Of a DNA stretch of 64,000 bases, positions 28,142 to 36,247 are shown one piece after another. Under the pieces are notes generated by a model that did no database searches, was not told the DNA's origin, and worked only from the letters and a program-made list of their open reading frames with translations. A program made the position numbers and the translations under genes. Origin of the DNA: an uncultured Candidatus Saccharibacteria bacterium (GTDB lineage: Bacteria; Patescibacteriota; Minisyncoccia; Minisyncoccales; Staskawiczbacteraceae); the NCBI GenBank assembly GCA_964424305.1, contig CAYRHW010000001.1:7947-71946 (forward strand), in the 5' to 3' direction. The first letter of the stretch is position 1. Each line of letters opens with the position of its first letter.

Positions 28142-28906
28142 TTATATCAAAATTTTCTCTCTTCTTAAATCTTCGGTTGATAAATGAATTGATAAAAGAT
28201 GGAAATAGTAATCATCCGATATCTCTCGTAGCAGCTTCCCCGATGATATTGGGATTTTTAATTTAGACAATGTTTTAAAATCCTTCTTTAAAATTAATCT
28301 TAATACCTTAACAATATCCGTGTTTATCCTCTTACAAAACCCCGCACCCTTAACACACTGGCCACAGACTAATCCAGCTCCATCTGGAGAAAAATATATA
28401 ATATTGGGCACTAAACTATTTTGGCAAACAACACATTTATGAACCTCTGGCTTATACCCCAGAATATTAAACAGGTTCCAAATGAAATAGAAATATATCA
28501 TTTGTACCTGTAGCGGGGTAAGGCTAACTTCGTCTAATCTATCGTAAGAATCTTTTAATAGATTGTAAATTTCGTCGTCCTTCTCTTCTTTTGAAACCAA
28601 CCCATTGGCCACATCTGCTATTCTATGCGCCACCTTTAATCTAGGGAGGTCGGCTTTCAAATTACTGTAACAGTTCAATGGTTCCGCATCGGTTAAAGTT
28701 TTCTGGGCCCTACCCTGGATAAATTCAATTTCGGAAAGACCAATTAGATTAATACCACTCCTAAGTTTTGAGGTAATTTTTCTTATCGCCCTGCCCAAAA
28801 TTCTAATCTTTCCAAAATCTTCTGATAATACGGTAAAGACTCTGTCCGTTTCACCGGCATCTGTTTTCTTAATAACAAGCCCACGTGTCTTATAATGGAG
28901 AGCCAT
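28142..28906 (-). CDS. recO: DNA repair protein RecO
   Basis: OB-fold N-terminus (TRGLVIKKTDAGETDRVFTVLSEDFGKI) and a CxxC...CxxC zinc motif. Confidence 0.85.
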   Translation of the reverse strand: MALHYKTRGLVIKKTDAGETDRVFTVLSEDFGKIRILGRAIRKITSKLRSGINLIGLSEIEFIQGRAQKTLTDAEPLNCYSNLKADLPRLKVAHRIADVANGLVSKEEKDDEIYNLLKDSYDRLDEVSLTPLQVQMIYFYFIWNLFNILGYKPEVHKCVVCQNSLVPNIIYFSPDGAGLVCGQCVKGAGFCKRINTDIVKVLRLILKKDFKTLSKLKIPISSGKLLREISDDYYFHLLSIHLSTEDLRREKILI

Positions 28907-31788
28907 TATTTCTTAATACCTACGTGGTATTCTTTACCGTCAAACTTATATGCCTTCTTAACATCACCCACTATCTCTGCCTCACTGGCAACCTGTTCAA
29001 AATATTTAGAGCCGATATCTTTAATTAGCTCTTCTTCATTAAACACTACATTTGCGGTAGACGTTATCCCCTGGACGATAGATCCAGAAACTAATCCCAA
29101 CTCTTTCCTTAGGCTTCTAACGGTTCGTATAAATTCTCTTCTCTCTCCCTCTTTCTTCAGTTCATCTGTTAGCTCTACATTCAACTCGATGTCTTTTGCC
29201 AACTTATCGTCAAAAACTATTTCTCTAACATTGGCCTCTTCTTTTAATATCTCCAATAATTCCTTTTCCTTGCTTAACTCATTACTTTTTACCTTTAACT
29301 GGGATAGGGGTTGCCTTACCTTAATGCCCAGAAGAGTCCTTTCTGCTAATACTAAATTTACTAGGTTCCTCAATTTACCCATACTACCCTCTAGGTCATT
29401 ATCTATTTTCTTTTTATCTACTTCTGGCCAATCTGTTAGATGGACGGATTCTGGCATATCTGGAGTTTTCAAAACTTGGTAAATTTCTTCTGCAAAAAAC
29501 GGCATCACCGGACCCATGATCTTAACTAGATTTAGAAGTATGTAATAGAATGTTTTAATTGCCTGATCCCTGTCCTCGCCCATTTCATGGAATCTCGCCC
29601 TTGATCGCCTGACATACCACAGAGATAAATCTGTTATGAAGAATTCTTCAATTGCATTTACCCCAGTAGCTGGGTTAAAGTTTTCAAAGCTTTCCTCAAC
29701 TTTCTTAACCAAATTGTTAAATTTTGAAATAATCCATTTGTCTAGGGTATTTGCAGGAGATAATTTTAAATCATTGGGGAATTCTTCTTTCTTTACATAG
29801 GTAGTAAAGAATACAAAAGTATTATACAGCGTTAAAAGTCTTCTTTTAACTTCTTCTGCATTAATATATCCAAACTTTAAATTATCCGCTGGATTCTGTT
29901 TGGCATACATCCACCTCATTGGGTCAGCCCCAATTTTTTCTACAGCTTCGTCGAACCAGACAGCATTCCCCTTAGACTTATGCATTTCTTCCCCCTTTTC
30001 ATCACGAACCGAAGCATAGCCGAAGATATTCTTAACTGGTGGTTTTTTCTCCAGAACCACACTCATTACGATAATGGAATAAAACCAGTTTTTAAATTGC
30101 CCAGGGAAGGATTCACAAACCAGTTCAACTGGGAACCACTTTGCCCAGTACTTCTTATCGCTGTCATATTTCATCGTCGAAAAGGGAACAATCCCGGCGT
30201 CTAACCATGGGTTACCGACATCGGGAATTCTAGATACAACTTCGCCACATTTAGAACATTTAATCTTTACTTTATCTGCCCAAGGTTTATGGGGGGATTT
30301 GCCTTCAAATTCATCCCAACCAGAAACTGCACGTTCCTTTAATTCCTCCTTCGAGCCTATAACCTCGAAGTTTCCACACTTACATTCAAATATTGGCAGA
30401 ACTAAACCCCAGTATCTTTTCTTAGAGATTAACCAGTCGTGCATATTCTTAAGCCAATCTAGTTCTCTCTCTTTACCAAAGTCTGGTATCCAGTTAATTT
30501 CTTTAGTAGCCTCCATTAAGGGTTTTCTCAACTTATCCATTGATATGTACCATTCATCAACAACTCGCCAAACTAATTCAGTCTTGCATCTCCAGCAGGT
30601 AGGATAACGATGGGTATAGTCTTCTATTTTAAACAGAAACTGTCCGGCCTTGTAGCTAGAAAGATAATCGAAGATTAATTCTGGGTTCTTCTTTGCGCTC
30701 TTCCCAGACAGATCATCCATTCCATCAAGATAAACTGCTGCTTCATCGATCACATCAATTACTGCCAGATTCTCTTCCTTCCCCACCTTAAAGTCTTCCT
30801 CCCCAGCACCGGGAGCGATATGGATAATGCCAGTACCCTCTAGGGCTGTTACTAAGTCCTTGTCCAAAACAACTGTATGAAAAGTTTTTTCATTTTCTTC
30901 TTCCGCTTTTACGGTTCGTGGTAGATTATCAAATGGGCCTTCATACTTTAGTCCTTTTAATTCTTTACCTAGAAGCTTCTTTTCTAAGACAAACTCCTTA
31001 CCAACAACCTTCTCGGCCAAATCTTTTAATAGGACAAATTTATCTTTTCCATTACTAAAAATTCCGTACTCCAATTCGGGATTAACCGCCAGGGCAACAT
31101 TGGCCGGGATTGTCCATGGGGTAGTAGTCCAAACTAGGAAGTTAACGCCCTGAAATTCTTTATCTGAAATTGGCAGCTTAAAGTAGATTGCCTTATGGAT
31201 TATCTCTTTATACTCTTCGGTTAAAATCTCGTGTTGAGAAATGGCCGTGCCACATCTTGGGCACCAAGGCACGCTGTCTCTTCCTTTATATAAATACCCT
31301 TTTTCATAGCATTTCTTTAAAAACCCCCAAATGGCGTAGTTATTCTCATCTGACATTGTGTAGTAAGAATTATCCCAATCCATCCACTGGCCCAACCTGA
31401 TTGATTGCTGGGTTTGAATGGCCGAATACTTATTTACCCTTTCCTTGCATTTCTCGACGAACCTATCTACTCCGTACACTTCAATATCTTTCTTACTTTT
31501 AAAACCTAACTCCTTTTCAACCTCCACCTCGACCCAAAGACCTTGGCAATCAAATCCATTCTGGTACCTTTGATCTCTCCCCTTCATTGCAAAGAATCTC
31601 TGGAATAGGTCTTTGTATGTTCTTCCCCAGGCGTGATGCACTCCCATGGGATTATTGGCAGTGATCGGTCCATCTAAAAACGACCAAGGCTTGCCATCCT
31701 TGTTTTTTTCTCGAAGTTTATTGAAAACACCGTTCTCCTGCCAGAACCTCAGTATTTTATTCTCTATCTCTGGAAAATTTAACTCCAT
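28906..31788 (-). CDS. ileS: isoleucyl-tRNA synthetase
   Basis: 960 aa. HIGH-type (MGVHHAWG) and KMSKS-like (HKSKGN) motifs with an editing-domain insertion. Confidence 0.95.
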   Translation of the reverse strand: MELNFPEIENKILRFWQENGVFNKLREKNKDGKPWSFLDGPITANNPMGVHHAWGRTYKDLFQRFFAMKGRDQRYQNGFDCQGLWVEVEVEKELGFKSKKDIEVYGVDRFVEKCKERVNKYSAIQTQQSIRLGQWMDWDNSYYTMSDENNYAIWGFLKKCYEKGYLYKGRDSVPWCPRCGTAISQHEILTEEYKEIIHKAIYFKLPISDKEFQGVNFLVWTTTPWTIPANVALAVNPELEYGIFSNGKDKFVLLKDLAEKVVGKEFVLEKKLLGKELKGLKYEGPFDNLPRTVKAEEENEKTFHTVVLDKDLVTALEGTGIIHIAPGAGEEDFKVGKEENLAVIDVIDEAAVYLDGMDDLSGKSAKKNPELIFDYLSSYKAGQFLFKIEDYTHRYPTCWRCKTELVWRVVDEWYISMDKLRKPLMEATKEINWIPDFGKERELDWLKNMHDWLISKKRYWGLVLPIFECKCGNFEVIGSKEELKERAVSGWDEFEGKSPHKPWADKVKIKCSKCGEVVSRIPDVGNPWLDAGIVPFSTMKYDSDKKYWAKWFPVELVCESFPGQFKNWFYSIIVMSVVLEKKPPVKNIFGYASVRDEKGEEMHKSKGNAVWFDEAVEKIGADPMRWMYAKQNPADNLKFGYINAEEVKRRLLTLYNTFVFFTTYVKKEEFPNDLKLSPANTLDKWIISKFNNLVKKVEESFENFNPATGVNAIEEFFITDLSLWYVRRSRARFHEMGEDRDQAIKTFYYILLNLVKIMGPVMPFFAEEIYQVLKTPDMPESVHLTDWPEVDKKKIDNDLEGSMGKLRNLVNLVLAERTLLGIKVRQPLSQLKVKSNELSKEKELLEILKEEANVREIVFDDKLAKDIELNVELTDELKKEGERREFIRTVRSLRKELGLVSGSIVQGITSTANVVFNEEELIKDIGSKYFEQVASEAEIVGDVKKAYKFDGKEYHVGIKK

Positions 31789-31856
31789 AATTGTATTTTC
31801 TCATCTTATCTGAAAATTACCTTAATTTCAATAAAAATCTGCCGGGTAGTAGGACA

Positions 31857-32873
31857 TCACCCTACAATATTGCCTTCATTCCCGGTGTATGATTTAAAAA
31901 CCTTATCTTTAATTTTTTCCGTATTCCCGTGGCTTAACATGCCGATATATGAATTCAAGGTTTCCAGATCGTTATTTCCCACTCTTTTAAACATTCTACT
32001 TTTAGTCTTGCCCCTTATAACCCTATGGTCTGGGAAGTTAACCCAACCCAAAAAGTCCACTCCGGAACACAAGGTCTTAATAAAAACCTTACCTGGGTGT
32101 AGCGCGAGATTTAATTCATCTTTTAGAAAGTCTGCGATAAGCAAAACTTTTCCTTTTAGATAATTCTCGTGCCCTGATAAAATTACAAAATCATCTGCAT
32201 ATCTAATGTAGTGCCTTACTTTTAATTTATGTTTCACGAACTGATCAAATTCGTTCATATATATGTTCGCAAACAATTGAGACGTCAGGTTGCCCAAAGG
32301 CAAACCAAACCCTGGTTTTATATACTGAAAACTTGTTATTATCTCTTTTAAAAGACCCGCAATGTCCTTATCTGGTATGTATTTTTGTAAAATTTCTAAT
32401 AATATATGCTGGTCGATTGAATAAAAAAACTTTTTGATATCGCCCTTTAAAACCCAGCAAGTCTTAGTATTATTTTTTGAAACGCTATGAGCAAGGCCCC
32501 TGAACCTATCAATCGCCCTATGGGTTCCCTTCTCATCACGGCAAGAGAAGGAATCCGATATAAAGGTTCTGTCAAAAAATGGATACAATATTCTATACAC
32601 TGCGCGATGCAAAAGCCTATCTCTAACACTTGCCTTATGGATAATTCTTGATTTCGGGTCACAAATATTAAATTCTTGGTACCCTCCGTGTTTGTATGTA
32701 TAATTAGACAATTCACAATTAAGTAATAAAATGTTATCCATTAGGTGAGAATTAAATTCCTGGACATCTTTTTTATTTCGTTTACCTAAAATAAACTCTT
32801 GCCATGCTTCAAGTAAATTATCAACACTAATTATATCTTCAAATTTATGACTCAGCTTAATTCTCATAATCAA
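31857..32873 (-). CDS. DGR reverse transcriptase
   Basis: RT motifs including YADDFVIL and the DGR-type motif-4 signature LPLGNLTSQLFANIYM (I/LGxxxSQ). Adjacent to Avd and a TR/VR pair. Confidence 0.9.
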   Translation of the reverse strand: MIMRIKLSHKFEDIISVDNLLEAWQEFILGKRNKKDVQEFNSHLMDNILLLNCELSNYTYKHGGYQEFNICDPKSRIIHKASVRDRLLHRAVYRILYPFFDRTFISDSFSCRDEKGTHRAIDRFRGLAHSVSKNNTKTCWVLKGDIKKFFYSIDQHILLEILQKYIPDKDIAGLLKEIITSFQYIKPGFGLPLGNLTSQLFANIYMNEFDQFVKHKLKVRHYIRYADDFVILSGHENYLKGKVLLIADFLKDELNLALHPGKVFIKTLCSGVDFLGWVNFPDHRVIRGKTKSRMFKRVGNNDLETLNSYIGMLSHGNTEKIKDKVFKSYTGNEGNIVG

Positions 32874-32890
32874 AATAATTATTCCTCTAA

Positions 32891-32900
32891 CCCCCCCCCC
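32891..32900. repeat. C10 (G10 on minus strand) homopolymer in the 43-bp RT/avd divergent intergenic region
   Basis: Ten consecutive C, read directly from the sequence. It lies about 18 nt upstream of the RT start region. Confidence 0.9.
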
Positions 32901-32916
32901 ATCCAGTCAGTTTAAC

Positions 32917-33246
32917 TTGAGCATAATTCAAAAGCTGACCCAGGTTTATAAACTATGGCAGGAGTATTTACTTGATTTCCCAAAAACCTCTCGTTATACG
33001 TTGGGCCAAAAGATTGATTCTTCGTTTTTAGAAACCATGGAGAATATAATGAAAGCAGGATATTCAGGTAAAGTTGAAAAGCAAATTTTCCTTAAAAGAT
33101 CCTCCGTTAAGCTCGACCTCCTCAAATTTTTTCTGCAAATTTCCTGGGAGATAGGGTCTTTGAATAATAAAAAATACACAAACCTCTCTGAAAAGCTGGA
33201 CGAAGTTGGAAAAATGCTGGGAGGATGGATTAAATCTTTAAAATAA
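32917..33246 (+). CDS. avd: DGR accessory variability determinant (Avd), four-helix-bundle family
   Basis: YKLWQEYLLDFPKTSRYTLGQKI...LDEVGKMLGGWIKSLK matches remembered Avd / 23S-rRNA-IVS-protein family patterns. TTG start. Opposite strand to the RT, TRs and targets. Confidence 0.8.
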   Translation: MSIIQKLTQVYKLWQEYLLDFPKTSRYTLGQKIDSSFLETMENIMKAGYSGKVEKQIFLKRSSVKLDLLKFFLQISWEIGSLNNKKYTNLSEKLDEVGKMLGGWIKSLK

Positions 33247-33248
33247 AA

Positions 33249-33266
33249 CCCATCCTAAAAGACGGG
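33249..33266 (-). terminator. hairpin plus T-run immediately 3' of TR2 (minus-strand sense), abutting the avd stop codon
   Basis: Minus-strand CCCGTC-ttttag-GATGGG, with a G-U pair on the minus-strand RNA and an A-C mismatch on the plus strand, followed by TTTTATTTT. Confidence 0.45.
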
Positions 33267-33280
33267 AAAAACGAAGAGAG

Positions 33281-33417
33281 TTGCGAGGGAGAACAAACAC
33301 GAAGTGATTGTAGCCATTCCAGACATTGTCGGGATTGTCGTAGTTGCTGTTGAGCCACAGACCGTCATCGTTGTGCTTCACGTTGAACAGCTTGAGGTTG
33401 CCATCCGAATCGGTAAT
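33281..33417 (-). repeat. DGR template repeat TR2 (137 nt)
   Basis: Gap-free alignment to 33777-33913. There are 22 mismatches, all at plus-strand T (coding-strand A) of this copy. It encodes ITDSDGNLKLFNVKHNDDGLWLNSNYDNPDNVWNGYNHFVFVLPRK. Confidence 0.9.
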
Positions 33418-33433
33418 GCGTAAAGCGTCATCT

Positions 33434-33776
33434 ATACCACCACCCTTCGAATACTCTCCGGGCTGAATCTTATTCGGTATCTAAACATACCCTAACGCCT
33501 TACACCAAGTATCTTCATTTTTTAATAATCAGGGATGACTCTCTTGAAAGGCATGCCCGCCAAGAATCTGCATACACCTGAGATATAGAATTCGGCCACC
33601 TGAAGCCTTAACCGCAGATTTATTAGCCTACTATCCGACTTAATGTTATCACATATATTTTAAAACCCCTCTCTGCGCGCTGCGTAGAGAGGGGTTTTAC
33701 TGTTCAGGGTTCCAAGAAACCAAGGGTTCAAGAAAGAACCAGAGTTCCAAGGGACCAAGGACAGTTTGAAGATTAC
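33434..33776 (-). repeat. 343-bp VR-to-TR spacer, copy 2 (identical to 10207-10549)
   Basis: Identical by eye to copy 1. The terminator hairpin is at 33666-33694. Confidence 0.85.
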
Positions 33777-34363
33777 TTGCGAGGGAGAACAAACACGAAG
33801 TGAGGGCAGCCACCCCAGACATAGTCGGGATGGGCGTAGTGGCCGTCGAGCCACAGACCGTCACCGCGGCGCTCCACGCGGAACAGCCCGAGGGTGCCAT
33901 CCGAAGCGGTAATCGGCTCCATGCCAATCACCAACCACTCTCCCTTGGGCTGGGCCCTGTAGGCCAGGCGGAGCTGGGGGCCGACCTCGGCGGGACAGAG
34001 CTGGAGGCCACGTGATTTGGCACTGGCGTAGATGTCCTCTCTCTTGGCTCCATCCTTGAAGCCGAGGTCGGCGGGGGTGAGAACGACGAGGTCCAACATG
34101 GTGGCCTCGGGGGCCACCGTGAAGGCGGGTTGCCCGAGGATGTTGTCGGCCCACTCGCTGATCTTCATTCCGCCATCCATGAGGGCCAGGCGGAAATCTT
34201 CGGCGGTCTTGGGGCCGGTGCCCAACTTCACGGTCTTGAAGACCTTGAAGTCGGGCTCCCGGACCACGAGCTCACCTGCCAAGAAACGACGGATACCTTC
34301 CGGCCCTCCAAGCTTGTTACCGATTGCTTCAATCTGTCCCAGAGTTAAGTCGCCATACTTCAT
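33773..34363 (-). CDS. DGR variable protein 2
   Basis: Very GC-rich ORF (hand-counted lines at 68-73%). The likely start is MKYGDLTLGQ at 34363 with an AAAGGA SD; the ORF track extends to 34402. VR2 sits at the C-terminus. No signal peptide is visible. Confidence 0.85.
   Translation of the reverse strand: MKYGDLTLGQIEAIGNKLGGPEGIRRFLAGELVVREPDFKVFKTVKLGTGPKTAEDFRLALMDGGMKISEWADNILGQPAFTVAPEATMLDLVVLTPADLGFKDGAKREDIYASAKSRGLQLCPAEVGPQLRLAYRAQPKGEWLVIGMEPITASDGTLGLFRVERRGDGLWLDGHYAHPDYVWGGCPHFVFVLPRK
33777..33913 (-). repeat. DGR variable repeat VR2 (last 45 codons of target 2)
   Basis: Diversified copy of TR2, encoding ITASDGTLGLFRVERRGDGLWLDGHYAHPDYVWGGCPHFVFVLPRK. Confidence 0.9.
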
Positions 34364-34430
34364 AGCACACATCCTTTCTTTGGCTGTTCGCCAAGGAACC
34401 ACCTCTGCCCGAGGTTAAGGGGCTGACCTT

Positions 34431-34487
34431 AGCAGTCATAGCCAGAAAGCACCAAACTCTTATTAGTACCTTTTGGCTATGACTGCT
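34431..34487 (-). promoter_or_regulatory. perfect 14-bp inverted repeat (AGCAGTCATAGCCA / TGGCTATGACTGCT, 29-nt loop) in the target-2 5' UTR
   Basis: Arms at 34431-34444 and 34474-34487. It lies between the promoter and the start codon. Confidence 0.6.
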
Positions 34488-34532
34488 GGATCGCAAGTAT
34501 TACTTATAAAAAGAGCTAATTTATACATTTAA

Positions 34533-34562
34533 ATTATACCATACATGTCCAGGCTCTGTCAA
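34533..34562 (-). promoter_or_regulatory. consensus sigma70 promoter for target 2 (TTGACA-N18-TATAAT, with TGg extended -10)
   Basis: On the minus strand, -35 is at 34562-34557 and -10 at 34538-34533. Confidence 0.6.
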
Positions 34563-34652
34563 GATGACGGGAAGTAAATCCAACGAATGGTTGCAACGCT
34601 CAAAACACTAAAAAAGACCCCCGAGAAACCAGGAAGGCCTTCCTACTATTCT

Positions 34653-36239
34653 CTACATCTTTTCCGGGCTGGAGACACCCATTAAGTCTAAGGTATTTTC
34701 TAAAACAATTTTCGTCGCTAAGATTAAAGATAATCTAGCAGAGCTTAATTTTTTATCTTTCGTAATGACTTTGCATTTCTCATAAAAGTTATGAAAAGCA
34801 TCGGCCAACTCTACCGCATATTGAGTTAATCTTTGTACTTGGTAATCTTCTGCTGTTTCCTGCACAACTTCGGGCAATCTAATAATTTGATTAATTAAGT
34901 TTAATTCTGCTTGATCTGTCAGCAACCCGAAGTTAGGTATTTTCCATCTCAACAGAATTCCTGTTTTTTTAAGAATGCTACATATTCTAGCGTGGGCATA
35001 TTGGACATAATATACGGGATTCTTCTGAGATTGTTCTTTGGCTAGGTTTAAATCAAAATTTAGATGTGTGTTAGCAGCTCTTTGTAAAAAGAAGAACCTA
35101 GCCGCATCTAAACTTACTTCATCTAAAAGCTCATCTAAAGTAACGTAGGTTCCCGCTCTCTTTGACATCTTAACTTCTTTCCCCTTATTAAATAGGCTGA
35201 CAAGTTGCATCACGACGACATCTATGTTTTCTTTATTAAAGCTCAGGGTGTGCCCAGCTGCTTTTAGACGATTAATGTAGCCATGGTGGTCGGCTCCGAC
35301 GAAGAGTATAATCTTTTCGAATCCTCTTTTAATTTTATCCTTTAAATAGGCGATGTCTGAAGCAAAGTATGTTTTAGCCCCATCTTTTCTAATCAATACT
35401 CTATCCTTATCATCTCCCAAACTTTGCGACTTAAACCAAACGGCCCCTTCACTTTTATAGGTAAACCCTCTTTTTGTTAAATCAGCGATGGATTTATCTA
35501 CCCAGCCGTTGTCATATAGTTTCTTTTCAGAGAACCAAACATCAAACTTAATCCCCATCCTGGCAACCGCAGGCTTTATCATTTTAGCAAGAATGTATCT
35601 TACAGCATTATCACCCACCTCCTCTGCATTCTTCCCTTCTATATTCTTATTCAGCTCCTCTACATACTCTCCCTTATATACCGCCTGCTCATCTTTTAGA
35701 ACCGAGTGCCCAAGCTTAATGATTTGCTCCCCGCGATCATTAATGTAATATTCCCTAGTTACCTCGTAACCAGCCTTGCTCAAAACTCTTGATAGTGCAT
35801 CACCGCAAAACCCTCCTCTGCCATTCCCTAAAGTTAAGGGGCCAGTTGGATTGGCTGATATGAACTCGACATTTACCTTTCTTTCCTTCCCTATATCGAT
35901 AGATCCAAACTTCTTTTTTTGTTTTAAAACTTCTTTTACCTTATTGTGTAGATATTTCGGGGAAACGAAAAAGTTGATGAACCCTGGAGCAGCGACCTCT
36001 ACTTTAGAAAAAATCTCTGATTTAGCCAATCTGTCTCTTAGAGTTTTAGCTATTTCTGCTGGCTCCTTAGAAAAGAATTTTCCCAATTTCAAACAAACAC
36101 TGGAGGAATAGTCCCCGTTATTTTTATCTACCGGGCAATCAATGGTAATTTCTGGGATTTCAAACTCTGGAAAAATCCTATTCTTCTGAAGACTGACGAT
36201 AACGCCCCTTACCAATATTTTTATTTCCTCTTTAATCAT
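34653..36239 (-). CDS. argS: arginyl-tRNA synthetase
   Basis: ANPTGPLTLGNGRGG (HIGH-region equivalent). Length and C-terminal anticodon-binding domain are typical of ArgRS. Confidence 0.95.
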   Translation of the reverse strand: MIKEEIKILVRGVIVSLQKNRIFPEFEIPEITIDCPVDKNNGDYSSSVCLKLGKFFSKEPAEIAKTLRDRLAKSEIFSKVEVAAPGFINFFVSPKYLHNKVKEVLKQKKKFGSIDIGKERKVNVEFISANPTGPLTLGNGRGGFCGDALSRVLSKAGYEVTREYYINDRGEQIIKLGHSVLKDEQAVYKGEYVEELNKNIEGKNAEEVGDNAVRYILAKMIKPAVARMGIKFDVWFSEKKLYDNGWVDKSIADLTKRGFTYKSEGAVWFKSQSLGDDKDRVLIRKDGAKTYFASDIAYLKDKIKRGFEKIILFVGADHHGYINRLKAAGHTLSFNKENIDVVVMQLVSLFNKGKEVKMSKRAGTYVTLDELLDEVSLDAARFFFLQRAANTHLNFDLNLAKEQSQKNPVYYVQYAHARICSILKKTGILLRWKIPNFGLLTDQAELNLINQIIRLPEVVQETAEDYQVQRLTQYAVELADAFHNFYEKCKVITKDKKLSSARLSLILATKIVLENTLDLMGVSSPEKM

Positions 36240-36247
36240 ATTAAAAC

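Noticed and set aside
28895-29482. 195-aa plus-strand ORF antisense to ileS. Likewise 56799-57506 (235 aa) antisense to the 692-aa ORF, and 42548-43030 antisense to polX.
   Set aside because: They are low-complexity Ser/Phe/Leu-rich or Gly/Ser/Pro-rich translations lying entirely inside well-supported genes on the other strand.
31857-32873. RT as a group II intron maturase or a retron RT.
   Set aside because: There are no intron RNA domains (no domain V-like helix or flanking exons), no maturase X/En domains, and no msr/msd-like inverted repeats. The SQ-type motif 4, the adjacent Avd and the A-specific TR/VR pairs fit a DGR.
33660-34418. Several overlapping ORFs (33660-33854, 33697-33927, 33800-34015, 33861-34154, 34032-34418, 34130-34348) around DGR target 2.
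   Set aside because: These are typical shadow ORFs of a very GC-rich gene. Only the 33773-34363 frame has an SD, a promoter and the in-frame VR with AAC-codon logic.
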